From: Candidatus Methanophagaceae archaeon
GTDB taxonomy: Archaea > Halobacteriota > Syntropharchaeia > Alkanophagales > Methanospirareceae
DNA length: 64,000 nt
Reading direction: 5' to 3'
NCBI GenBank assembly: GCA_003194435.1
Contig: PQXC01000005.1
Location: 30,110-94,109 of the forward strand
Position 1 is the first letter of the stretch; each line of letters begins with the position of its first letter. Below the pieces are notes generated by a model, which saw nothing but the letters and a program-made list of their open reading frames with translations, did not search any database and had not been told where the DNA came from. The position numbers were made by a program, and so were the translations under genes. Shown here piece after piece: positions 8,645 through 17,178 of this stretch.

Positions 8645-9065
8645 GAATGTCTCCGCTCGCACTCTGCGGCTTCCTACGGAAGCCTTGCCTCGCCTTCTGC
8701 TCGGTCATATAACACGGGCTATACGGCTCACTCCGTTCGCCCAAATACCGCCAAAGGCGGAACTTCGTATAGCCCGAATACGTTATCGGAAATGGCGGGA
8801 AATAAATGGTTGAAATCCATGCAAAGATACAGCAAACTATATAAAGAATACCAGCATGGTCAAATTGATAAGGAATATAGCCCATAATTGCCATAACAAT
8901 TCCCACCGGGACACCTACCATAAAAACCCAGCCGAAACAGAAAACCATAAGTAATGCACCATAAATATGGTAGGCATAGCTTATTTTTAGCAGCTCTAAT
9001 GATCCAATACCGAAGATGATTAGGTCGCATATATACTCTTTTTTCATCATAATTTTCCCCAGCAT
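8529..9065 (-). CDS. Possible small membrane protein; 3' end doubtful
   Basis: The first ~90 codons are hydrophobic (GALLMVFCFGWVFMVGVPVGIVMAIMGY...). The ORF then reads through attC-like site 3 and into the antisense of the previous gene, so only the 5' part (about 8790-9065) is credible. Confidence 0.25.
   Translation of the reverse strand: MLGKIMMKKEYICDLIIFGIGSLELLKISYAYHIYGALLMVFCFGWVFMVGVPVGIVMAIMGYIPYQFDHAGILYIVCCIFAWISTIYFPPFPITYSGYTKFRLWRYLGERSEPYSPCYMTEQKARQGFRRKPQSASGDILSTIFRRRKIKHLKSSSIFHQSFDKQQVDLLLYELQNF
8707..8788 (+). repeat. attC-like site 3
   Basis: R'' is ATATAAC (8707-8713). Arms are GGGCTATACG (8716-8725) and CGTATAGCCC (8766-8775). The inner hairpin is CCGCC-aaa-GGCGG. 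R' is GTTATCG (8782-8788). Confidence 0.65.
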
Positions 9066-9301
9066 CTATCAATCAAATATCCAAGTCCAGCACCGAACAT
9101 GATACCAATAATTGGTGCTAACAAGAAGAATACAATATGACTATTCCAGATATCTGCGATAAAAAATGCAAGAGTGGTTGGCAAACCAAAAGTATATCTT
9201 ATCAGAGGATGATTAAGCCACACCCCACCCGAAAGGATTATTATACTTGTCAATCCCCAAATCCCGCCGATTATTGATCCAATTTTCCATTTTTTCATCA
9301 T
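9047..9301 (-). CDS. Small hydrophobic membrane protein (hypothetical)
   Basis: 84 aa with 2-3 predicted TM stretches (IGSIIGGIWGLTSIIILSGG..., LAFFIADIW..., FFLLAPIIGIMFGAGLGYL). It lies inside cassette 4, opposite in orientation to the other cassette ORFs. Confidence 0.4.
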   Translation of the reverse strand: MMKKWKIGSIIGGIWGLTSIIILSGGVWLNHPLIRYTFGLPTTLAFFIADIWNSHIVFFLLAPIIGIMFGAGLGYLIDRCWGKL

Positions 9302-9309
9302 AATTTATT

Positions 9310-10860
9310 ATACCTACTTTACTTTGGTATGAAAATACTTCGAACTTCCTTATCTATAAAACCTTTGAGACTACATATCCACACCCCTCCAGTTCTCTTA
9401 TCAACCTTAGTTCCCTATTTTTTGACTTCCTTCCATTAACAGCTTCAGCGCCTACATCCTGATAAAGCTCGCCTGTTTTTAATACACGATAGATCTCGAT
9501 CAATATCTGGTGTCCGACCGCGACCAAAGCTCGATTTTTACCACGCCTTCTGGCAATATTGTGGTACATAGCGCTTAAAGCAGTGCCTTTGGTTCTCGAT
9601 GCAGCCCACGCCGCCTCTGTCAAGGTGGCTTTGAGGTAATTATTTCCTCTTCTCGTTTTTCCGCTTTTTTTCTTTCCCGCGCTCTCATTATTGCCAGGAC
9701 ACATCGCAGCCCAGGAAGAGAGATGCGCCTCATCCGGAAACCTTGACATATCAACCCCGATCTCAGCGATAACTGAAGCTGCCGAGACTTCTTTGATGCC
9801 CGTAACAGATTGGATAGCCCTGAATTCCTTCTCGTACGGTCGCAGCTTTCGCTGAATCTCCTCATCAATCTCTCTTATCCGTTCAACAATGCAATCGATG
9901 TGGGCTAAATGCTGTTTTAGCAGAAATCGGTGGTGATCAGTTACATTCCCATTAAGGGCTTTCACTAATTGATTCACTTTCCTCTTGAGCTTCCCCTTCG
10001 CCATTTCTGCAATTTCATCCACGGAGAGCGTGTCTTTCTCCAGCAATGCACCGATCATATTCAGGGAGGAGACCCCGAAGACCTTTGACACAACAGACGA
10101 GATTTTGATATTTGCATCTTCCAGGACCTTTTGAACTCGATTTTTCTCTGCGGTCATCGCTTCAACAAGTTTTCTTCGCGTTCGGGTAAGATCGCGCAAC
10201 TCTCTGATTTCTCGAGGCGGAATAAAGCTCCCTGAAATCAATCCATTTCTGAACAAATGGGCAATCCACTGGCAGTCTTTGACGTCGGTCTTCCTTCCTG
10301 GGACGTTTTTGATGTGCTGTGCATTTGCAAGAACTACTTCAAAATCGTCCTCAAGTATATTGAAGATAGGTTTCCAGTATATGCCTGTGCTCTCCATTGC
10401 TACTGCGGTCACACCGTATTCCTTCAGCCATTCCTTCAACGTTCTGAGGTCGTCGGTCATCGTTGAAAACTTCCTGATCTCGAACTTCGGTGGCTTATCC
10501 AATGGTCCATGTGCAATACACGCCATCACCATCGACTTATGGACATCAAGTCCACAACAACTCTTCAATATGGGCTGCATGTTACACCTCCTCGAGACGA
10601 GCGAAGCAACATTAGAATAGGATAAGTTTGGTACTCGTGCCCCCAAAGGGGCAACATTCATGGGTTCTAAGAGTTGCCTGGGTCAGTTTCTTTTGCGGGG
10701 TTTCATTACAATGAACCACCAGAAAAAATCGACCAATATCGCTCGTCTCATGATAGTATATATAGGTGAAATTTAATTCTATTCATATTCACCCATTTTC
10801 ATGCTCATGGGTGTCCCCTTGGGTCATGGAGGTTTCTTTTTAATGAGATTTGGAAGCAAG
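9310..10860 (-). mobile_element. IS110-family insertion sequence (boundaries approximate)
   Basis: A single transposase gene with ~200-280 bp of non-coding leader, including the hairpin GCCCC-caaa-GGGGC at about 10638-10651. IS110 elements lack clear inverted repeats, so the ends cannot be fixed from one copy. Confidence 0.35.
9354..10580 (-). CDS. IS110-family (DEDD) transposase
   Basis: The start is taken at 'MQPILKSCCGLDVHKSMV...' (internal Met of ORF 9354..10661). Shows 'GLDVHK', 'AMESTGIYW', '...VTGIKEVSAASVIAEIGVDMSRFPDEAHLSSWAAMCPGNNESAGKKKSGKTRRGNNYLK', typical of IS110/IS1111 transposases. Confidence 0.85.
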   Translation of the reverse strand: MQPILKSCCGLDVHKSMVMACIAHGPLDKPPKFEIRKFSTMTDDLRTLKEWLKEYGVTAVAMESTGIYWKPIFNILEDDFEVVLANAQHIKNVPGRKTDVKDCQWIAHLFRNGLISGSFIPPREIRELRDLTRTRRKLVEAMTAEKNRVQKVLEDANIKISSVVSKVFGVSSLNMIGALLEKDTLSVDEIAEMAKGKLKRKVNQLVKALNGNVTDHHRFLLKQHLAHIDCIVERIREIDEEIQRKLRPYEKEFRAIQSVTGIKEVSAASVIAEIGVDMSRFPDEAHLSSWAAMCPGNNESAGKKKSGKTRRGNNYLKATLTEAAWAASRTKGTALSAMYHNIARRRGKNRALVAVGHQILIEIYRVLKTGELYQDVGAEAVNGRKSKNRELRLIRELEGCGYVVSKVL

Positions 10861-10871
10861 AGATATCAAAG

Positions 10872-11177
10872 ATGAAAGAAACGTTGATGATTGTTGATGG
10901 ACATGTTGGAAAAGTATTTTGTAGAACAGGCACGTTAGAAGAAGTTTTGTATGAGAAGAGAAGACCGTATATTATTCAGGCAAGTAAAATGAGACCATGG
11001 ATAGAAGAAATTGTTTCAAGATTTGAAAAAATCCCGTTTTATGTTGACAACGGAGCATTTTATCTTTTTGAAGATGGGCATTGTAGCGATTTAGAACCAA
11101 ATTGTAAAGATTGCCCCGTAAATAAACTCTGCAAGAAATATCTAAAATGGACTGCATATCAAATATGGGAGGAATAG
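10872..11177 (+). CDS. EndoIII/HhH-GPD-like C-terminal fragment with a [4Fe-4S] cluster loop
   Basis: 101 aa. 'VDGHVGKVFCRTG' resembles the post-HhH 'VDTHV.RV.NR.G' segment. 'CSDLEPNCKDCPVNKLC' is an exact C-x6-C-x2-C-x5-C FCL motif. The HhH-GPD N-terminal half is absent, and the IS110 lies immediately upstream. Confidence 0.5.
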   Translation: MKETLMIVDGHVGKVFCRTGTLEEVLYEKRRPYIIQASKMRPWIEEIVSRFEKIPFYVDNGAFYLFEDGHCSDLEPNCKDCPVNKLCKKYLKWTAYQIWEE

Positions 11178-11193
11178 AGATGTCCGCCACTTC

Positions 11194-11275
11194 CGATAAC
11201 AGCAGACATACGGCTACGCTTCGCTCCGCTAAAATTCGGCAAAGCCGAACTTCGTATGTCCGCAAAACGTTAGAC
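11194..11275 (+). repeat. attC-like site 4 (last in the array)
   Basis: R'' is CGATAAC (11194-11200). Arms are GACATACG (11205-11212) and CGTATGTC (11253-11260). The inner hairpin is TTCGGC-aaa-GCCGAA. R' is GTTAGAC (11269-11275). Confidence 0.65.
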
Positions 11276-11365
11276 AACATAGCCTTAGAAGGGGAATGAT
11301 ATTCCGCAGTACGACAAAAAAGAGGTAACGTACAGATGGAACTTAACTTCATTTCCACTTCATTT

Positions 11366-12898
11366 CTATTTCTCGCTTCGTGGTAATAGCCAGGCTCTGC
11401 GTAGCCAGTCTATATCCGGCTGATACAGGTCTCTTATGTCACTCAGACCCAGGCTGATCATGGCTAAACGTCCGATACCAAGTCCCCAGGCTAATACGGG
11501 ATATTTTACGCCTATTGGATGAGTGACCTCCTCTCTGAATATGCCAGCACCACCCAGCTCTATCCAGCCCCTCTCTGTGTATACTTCAACCTCCACTGAT
11601 GGTTCGGTATAGGGAAAATATCCGGGTCGGAATCGTATAGAAGGGAACCCCATCTTCCGATAGAATACTGCGAGACACCCGAGCAAATTGGCAAACGTCA
11701 CGTCGCGGTCCATGATAATACCTTCCAGCTGGTCGAATTCTGGTATGTGGGTCGGGTCAATGGTCTCGCGGCGATACACGCGCCCGATGCAAAAGACCTT
11801 AACAGGTGGCTCGGGATGTGAAGCCAGGTATTTCACAGTAACTGCGGTGGTATGAGTCCGTAGAAGCAGCTCCTCACCCTGCTCTCTCCTCCATTCACCA
11901 CCCCAACCCGATGAATTTAATGGTCCCCCGTGCTCATGCATCTCCTTTACACGTTTTATCAACTCCTCAGAAGCGTCTATAGGCCTCTTCAAGCCAAGAT
12001 AGAAAGTATCCTGCATCTCCCGTGCAGGATGGTCCTGCGGCACAAATAACGCATCGAAATTCCAGAACGCGCTCTGAACGTGTTCACCCTTTATCTCTAT
12101 GAACCCCATCTCGGTGAAGATTTTTCTCATGCGGTCCAGAATCCGCTGATAAGGGTGCAACTTAGCTGCGAATATCTCTCGCCCCGATATATCCACATCA
12201 TAACGTTTGAATTTGAACCTCCGCCCTTTCCATGTCCTTATAATCTCAGGTGTTAACTGTGCTATCTCCTCCTCAATAGATAACCCACGCTCAAGGAGCT
12301 CCATACCCGCATCTGTGATGCCTATTCTCCGTTCTACCCGGGTAGAACTCACCACCAGTCGCCGTGAAATCAACTGTGTTATGACCTCCTGTTTGGTCTC
12401 CGGCTTCAATTCCGACTGCCCTTCTGCCAGGGCGAGAGAACGCAGTATTTCCTCATCAGCGCCATAAGGGGGTTCAGCATTGACAGTGGGTATTACACGT
12501 CCATTATCAATATACGCCCAGTTCTTCCGCAGCAGCCAGTTTATTGCTATATTCACACGTTTACCGAGAGCATGTTTCAGGTATTCTACCGATGTTGCTC
12601 CCTCATGCTGTAATAATAAACGAAGTGCTTTACGTTCTGGTAGTGCATCCGCAGCATACTCCTCACCCTCTGGTGTCAAACGATAATAAATCCTTCGCTG
12701 CTCTTTAACCACACAAAGCCCTTTCTTTGCGAGTGTAAACGCTGCTTGCATAACTGCGTCTTCGTTTGTACCTGTGAGTTCAGCCAGTACCGCTGGGGCA
12801 TACTCATACTCACGCACACGCGCACCATCACCGCGCTGGCGCTGAAACGCGAGTAAAAGCCTCTTCTCCGCTGCTGTTAGCTCAGAATCTACCGCCAT
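11366..12898 (-). CDS. pheS: Phenylalanine--tRNA ligase alpha subunit (archaeal type)
   Basis: 510 aa with N-terminal winged-helix repeats and a class II core ('FWNFDALFVPQDHPAREMQDTFY', 'LRTHTT', 'GRVYRRE', 'GAGIFREEV'). Confidence 0.9.
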   Translation of the reverse strand: MAVDSELTAAEKRLLLAFQRQRGDGARVREYEYAPAVLAELTGTNEDAVMQAAFTLAKKGLCVVKEQRRIYYRLTPEGEEYAADALPERKALRLLLQHEGATSVEYLKHALGKRVNIAINWLLRKNWAYIDNGRVIPTVNAEPPYGADEEILRSLALAEGQSELKPETKQEVITQLISRRLVVSSTRVERRIGITDAGMELLERGLSIEEEIAQLTPEIIRTWKGRRFKFKRYDVDISGREIFAAKLHPYQRILDRMRKIFTEMGFIEIKGEHVQSAFWNFDALFVPQDHPAREMQDTFYLGLKRPIDASEELIKRVKEMHEHGGPLNSSGWGGEWRREQGEELLLRTHTTAVTVKYLASHPEPPVKVFCIGRVYRRETIDPTHIPEFDQLEGIIMDRDVTFANLLGCLAVFYRKMGFPSIRFRPGYFPYTEPSVEVEVYTERGWIELGGAGIFREEVTHPIGVKYPVLAWGLGIGRLAMISLGLSDIRDLYQPDIDWLRRAWLLPRSEK

Positions 12899-12952
12899 GT
12901 TGTATTGTTATGATTTAACAAAAATAAGAATTAGAAATAAAGATAAGCAGGA

Positions 12953-13576
12953 GTGATGAAGATAGGGGTAATAGCGATACAGGGGGATGTAGAGGAGCAT
13001 ATAAAGGCTTTGAAAGCGACTTTAGCAGAGAGGGGCGAGAACGAGAACGGAGAGGTGATAAGGATAAAGCATCGTGGTATCGTGAGCTCATGTGATGCGA
13101 TTGTCATACCAGGAGGCGAGAGTACAACGATCGGGCGGTTGATGGAGCGTGAGGGGATAACCGAAGAGCTAAGGGATGCGGCGGAAGAGGGTAAACCCTT
13201 GCTGGGCACCTGTGCAGGTATGATTTTATTAGCGAAGGAGGGGGATGAAGAGGTGAAAAAGACCGGTCAGCCGTTGCTGGGTTTAATGGATGTACGGGTA
13301 AAGAGGAACGCTTTTGGCAGACAGAGGGAATCATTTGAGGCGCCATTGAAGATGAGCATCTTTGATGAACCCTTTCCCGGTGTTTTCATCAGGGCGCCGT
13401 GTATAACACACGCAGCAGATACTGTGGATGTACTGGCAACGCTCGATGAAGATGATGATAAGATGAACAAGAGGATTGTAGCAGCGAGGCAGGGTAATAT
13501 AATGGCACTGGCATTTCATCCTGAACTTACCGGCGACAGGAGAATCCACCATTATTTCCTCGATACCTTCCTTTAG
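12953..13576 (+). CDS. pdxT: Pyridoxal 5'-phosphate synthase glutaminase subunit
   Basis: 207 aa. Shows 'KIGVIAIQGDVEEH', 'IPGGESTT', 'GTCAGMILLA' and 'AFHPELT', the PdxT triad context. Confidence 0.9.
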   Translation: MMKIGVIAIQGDVEEHIKALKATLAERGENENGEVIRIKHRGIVSSCDAIVIPGGESTTIGRLMEREGITEELRDAAEEGKPLLGTCAGMILLAKEGDEEVKKTGQPLLGLMDVRVKRNAFGRQRESFEAPLKMSIFDEPFPGVFIRAPCITHAADTVDVLATLDEDDDKMNKRIVAARQGNIMALAFHPELTGDRRIHHYFLDTFL

Positions 13577-13593
13577 ATTTTAGATTCACAAGA

Positions 13594-13640
13594 GCAAAAA
13601 GGCAAAAAGGTAAAAAGGCAAAAAGGCAAAAAGCAAAAGG
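13594..13640 (+). repeat. Tandem octamer A-tract repeat (GCAAAAAG)x5-6 directly upstream of aor
   Basis: The run gcaaaaag gcaaaaag gtaaaaag gcaaaaag gcaaaaag caaaagg leads into the GGTG RBS and start codon. Confidence 0.8.
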
Positions 13641-15385
13641 TGACTATGAAGGGGCTATGTGGCTGGAAAGGCAGGATACTTCAGATAGACCTGTCCACCA
13701 GGGGGATAAAGACATTTACGCCTGAATACCAACTGCTTAAGGAATTTCTTGGTGGTAGAGGGCTTGGTGCGAAGTTAGTGTACGATAATGGTCATATAGA
13801 AGATGCATTATCACCAGAGAATATACTTGTATTTGCAACGGGACCGCTAACCGGCACACGTGCACCATCTTCGGGCAGGCTATCCCTATCCACAAAATCT
13901 CCACTGACTGGTACGATACTCGATTGTAACTGCGGTGGCTTCCTGGGTGTAGAACTGAAGAAAGCGGGTTATGATGCGGTGATTATCCGTGGTAAATCGC
14001 CGGAGCCGGTTTTTATAGAGATAGAGAACGAGCGAGTGGAGCTGAAATCGGCATCCGGTATATGGGGCAAGAATACAAAAGAGACGACAAGGCTGCTGAA
14101 GAGCAGGGGCAGAGTTGCCTGTATAGGTAGAGCGGGAGAGAAGCAGGTTCTGCTCGCCGCTATCATCTCTGATGGTGTGCATGCATTTGGGCGTGGTGGC
14201 GCAGGTGCGGTAATGGGTTCAAAGAACCTCAAAGCGCTGGTGGTTAAGGGCTCGGGCGATGTGGATGTATGTGACCGTGCGGAGTTTGAGCGGCAGAGGC
14301 GAGCGATTAACCGGCTCCTGATTGCCACTCCCACGATAAGCAAAGGGCTTTCGGTCTTCGGTACACCGTTTCTGATGAAGATAACGAGCTGGATGAGAGC
14401 ACTGCCGGTGGCTAATTTTAGCAGGTCAGAGCCGGAGTTCAAGCTGGATACCCTCTTTGCAAGCGAGATTAACAGGCGATATAATCCAAGGAAGCGAGCG
14501 TGCTATTCCTGCTCAATAGCGTGTAAAAGGGAGGATGATAGAGGCAGGGAACTGCCCGAATACGAGACGATAGGCTTGATGAGCGCCAATATAGGCAATA
14601 GCAGCTATGAAGCAATAGTAGAGGCGAACATGCTCTGTAACGATTACGGCATTGATACAATCTCGGTAGCAGGTGTTCTGGGCTGTTACGGCGATATAAA
14701 GGGTAAAAGAATCAGCGATACCGAACTTCTGGACATGGTGCGTGCAATAGGGGAGTGCGAGGGTATAGGTGCGCAATTGGGGCAGGGAGTAAAGCGGTAT
14801 TCGAGCTCGGAGGGCTGTCCTGAGCGGGCAATGCATGTGAAAGGGCTTCAATTACCTGCATACGACCCACGTGTGGTGAAGGGTCTGGGTTTCAGCTATG
14901 CCACATCCAATCGCGGTGGTTGCCACACAAGAGCATATCTCGTAGCACCTGAGATACTGCGAAAGCCAAAGGCGATAGACCCTTACACGCTTGCTGGTAA
15001 AGCCGGGCACACAAAGATATTTCAGGACAGGTTCGCTGCGGTTGATTCCCTGATAGTGTGTAAATTCGCATTCTTTGGCGCTGGCGAGGAGGAGTATGCG
15101 AACATACTGAGCGCGGTTACGGGTGTGGAATATACATCAGAGGATTTGATGCGTGTGGGTGAGCGAATATGGAATATAGAACGACTGTACAACATAAGAG
15201 AGGGTTTTACGAGAGCTGATGACACGCTGCCTGCACGATTCTTTGATGAGGCGGTGAATGGGCATGTGATAGAACGTGAGGAGTTCCAGAATACGCTGGA
15301 TGAGTATTATCGTATGCGTGGCTGGGATGAGAATGGGGTGCCGACAAAGCGGGTACTGGAGAAGTTGAATCTGGGTTGGAATTAA
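13640..15385 (+). CDS. aor: Aldehyde:ferredoxin oxidoreductase family (tungstopterin) enzyme
   Basis: 581 aa. Shows 'GWKGRILQIDLSTRGIKTF...LGGRGLGAKLVYD', '...NRGGCHTRAYLVAPE' and an AOR N and C domain layout. The start may be the ATG at 13646. Confidence 0.85.
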   Translation: MTMKGLCGWKGRILQIDLSTRGIKTFTPEYQLLKEFLGGRGLGAKLVYDNGHIEDALSPENILVFATGPLTGTRAPSSGRLSLSTKSPLTGTILDCNCGGFLGVELKKAGYDAVIIRGKSPEPVFIEIENERVELKSASGIWGKNTKETTRLLKSRGRVACIGRAGEKQVLLAAIISDGVHAFGRGGAGAVMGSKNLKALVVKGSGDVDVCDRAEFERQRRAINRLLIATPTISKGLSVFGTPFLMKITSWMRALPVANFSRSEPEFKLDTLFASEINRRYNPRKRACYSCSIACKREDDRGRELPEYETIGLMSANIGNSSYEAIVEANMLCNDYGIDTISVAGVLGCYGDIKGKRISDTELLDMVRAIGECEGIGAQLGQGVKRYSSSEGCPERAMHVKGLQLPAYDPRVVKGLGFSYATSNRGGCHTRAYLVAPEILRKPKAIDPYTLAGKAGHTKIFQDRFAAVDSLIVCKFAFFGAGEEEYANILSAVTGVEYTSEDLMRVGERIWNIERLYNIREGFTRADDTLPARFFDEAVNGHVIEREEFQNTLDEYYRMRGWDENGVPTKRVLEKLNLGWN

Positions 15386-15431
15386 CAATGACACATGGTA
15401 TATATTTGAGGAGCGAGAATATAATCGTAGG

Positions 15432-15785
15432 ATGCTCTGGCGGGAGAAGGAGTTACTTGAACTGTTGAAAGGTGGGAAATTGAATACAAGTGAGGTGGTA
15501 AAGCGAGCGAATATGAGCAAAGCGACAGCATTGAAGTATCTTGAGGGTCTTAAAGGCAGGGGACTGATCACCTGTGAGAAGGTAGGACCCACAAAGCTAT
15601 GGTCTCTGGTAGGGGAAGAGGGCGATGCGAAATTCGAACATCAGGACAGGATTCTGGAGTATATACAGATAGATCGAGAGATATTCAGGTTATTGGACGA
15701 GTTTGAGAGTGTTACAGGGAAGAAATTGGAAGTCACGATAGATCAGAATGGAATACACCTGCAGACACGAGAGAAGAGATGTTGA
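15432..15785 (+). CDS. Winged-helix transcriptional regulator (hypothetical)
   Basis: 117 aa. 'NTSEVVKRANMSKATALKYLEGLKGRGLITCEKVGPTKLW' is an HTH/wHTH pattern. The gene overlaps trmI by 7 nt. Confidence 0.5.
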   Translation: MLWREKELLELLKGGKLNTSEVVKRANMSKATALKYLEGLKGRGLITCEKVGPTKLWSLVGEEGDAKFEHQDRILEYIQIDREIFRLLDEFESVTGKKLEVTIDQNGIHLQTREKRC

Positions 15786-16588
15786 ACCGGATAGTGGATG
15801 ATGAGCTTGTACATCTGTTAGATGCTAAAGGGAGGAGGCATCAGGTTTTACTGCAGCCAGGTTCTTATTTCTCATTCTCTCATGGTAGGGTTGCCCACGA
15901 TGATATAATAGGGTTGGAGGAAGGGGCTACAGTAAGCTCTTCGCTTGGTGAACGGCTTCTTGTGCTTCGACCTACCTTAGGTGAGTATATAGCAAAGATG
16001 AGGAAAGGTTCACAGGTATTATACGCGAAGGATATAGCGGCGATTTTAATTTTAGCCGATATCTTCCCGGGAGCGAGGGTGTTAGAGGCGGGAACAGGTT
16101 CAGGTGCACTCACAATAGCGCTACTGCGTGCAGTTTGTAGCAGTGGGGAGGTGATATCATATGAAAGAAGGAGCGAGTTTCAGGAGATTGCTGCACGTAA
16201 TATAGAAACTTTCTTTGGTAAGATGAGGAGTGCAGGTAGTTCAAGTTCGGGTAAGCTGATATTAAAGGCGGGCGATGTGTATGAGGGTATAGAGGAGCGC
16301 GAACTGGACAGAGTGATACTGGACCTTTCAGAACCATGGCGAGCCCTCCATTCGGTCGAGCAAGCGCTCAGACCAGGAGGAATCCTGCTATGTTACACTC
16401 CTACCGTGCTGCAGATATATAAACTTTCGAGACGGATGGAACTGAGATATGAGCAGAGTTTTCGTGTGATGGGTATATATGAAGTGGGGATAAGGGAATG
16501 GGAGATAAAGGGCAGGAGTATGCGACCCCAGCATAGGGGTATTGTACATACAGGTTTTATCTTCGTGGCGAGGCGATTATATCATTAA
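15779..16588 (+). CDS. trmI: tRNA (adenine-N1)-methyltransferase, TrmI/Gcd14 family
   Basis: 269 aa. Shows 'LYAKDIAAILILADIFPGARVLEAGTGSGALTIALLRAV' (SAM motif I) and 'DRVILDLSEPW'. Confidence 0.8.
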   Translation: MLNRIVDDELVHLLDAKGRRHQVLLQPGSYFSFSHGRVAHDDIIGLEEGATVSSSLGERLLVLRPTLGEYIAKMRKGSQVLYAKDIAAILILADIFPGARVLEAGTGSGALTIALLRAVCSSGEVISYERRSEFQEIAARNIETFFGKMRSAGSSSSGKLILKAGDVYEGIEERELDRVILDLSEPWRALHSVEQALRPGGILLCYTPTVLQIYKLSRRMELRYEQSFRVMGIYEVGIREWEIKGRSMRPQHRGIVHTGFIFVARRLYH

Positions 16589-16619
16589 GGTGTAGAAATA
16601 GAGGATGAAATGAGGAGAA

Positions 16620-17117
16620 ATGAAAGTGGTAGTGCTCGCAGATACACATGTTAATGATATAGGTATGCTGCCGGAGCGTTTAAGGAGCGAGTTGAAGAGT
16701 GCGGACTTGATTATTCATGCGGGTGATTATACAGGAGAGAGACTACTGGAGCAGTTAAGGGCAGCAGGCGATTTCAGGGGTGTGTATGGGAATATGGACC
16801 CGGGAGCGATAAAGAGGGAGCTGGGAGCTAAGGAGCTAATAGAGATTGAGGGCTTCAGGATAGGCGTAACGCATCCTCCGGAGGGTGGTAGTCCAGTGGG
16901 GTTGTTATCGCGAGTGAGCGCGAAATTTAAGGGTGAGGACCCGGAACCGGAAGTGATAATCTATGGGCATTCGCACCATCCAAAGAAAGAGAAGATAGGT
17001 AATGTTTTATATCTCAATCCAGGCAGTGCAACGGGCGCATTTCCGGCGCGATACAGTAGTTTTGGGATTTTGAGCATAGAAAAGGGCGTGATAAGAGCGG
17101 AGATAGTGAGGGTATAG
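16620..17117 (+). CDS. MJ0936/YfcE-family metallophosphoesterase
   Basis: 165 aa. Shows 'VVVLADTH', 'IHAGDY', 'GNMD', 'GHSHHP' and 'LNPGS'. Confidence 0.8.
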   Translation: MKVVVLADTHVNDIGMLPERLRSELKSADLIIHAGDYTGERLLEQLRAAGDFRGVYGNMDPGAIKRELGAKELIEIEGFRIGVTHPPEGGSPVGLLSRVSAKFKGEDPEPEVIIYGHSHHPKKEKIGNVLYLNPGSATGAFPARYSSFGILSIEKGVIRAEIVRV

Positions 17118-17178
17118 AATGGTTAATAGGGGAGTAAGAGTAAGTAACATTCCTTCTTTATATTTGTGGTCCATTCTT

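Larger units (their letters stand above)
5287..11275 (+). mobile_element. Integron-like gene-cassette array (CALIN-like; no integrase in the window)
   Basis: attC-like structured repeats sit directly 3' of successive + strand ORFs. The R' 7-mer of each site is the reverse complement of the R'' 7-mer of the next site, at 4 consecutive junctions (7/7, 6/7, 7/7, 7/7). The block looks AT-rich and lies between convergent housekeeping genes. Confidence 0.65.

Noticed and set aside
10581-10661. An N-terminal 27-codon extension of the IS110 transposase ORF (MNVAPLGARVPNLSYSNVASLVSRRCN).
   Set aside because: IS110 transposases start close to the '(V/L)G(I/L)DVHK' motif. The extension overlaps a leader hairpin (GCCCC-caaa-GGGGC) and is probably untranslated.
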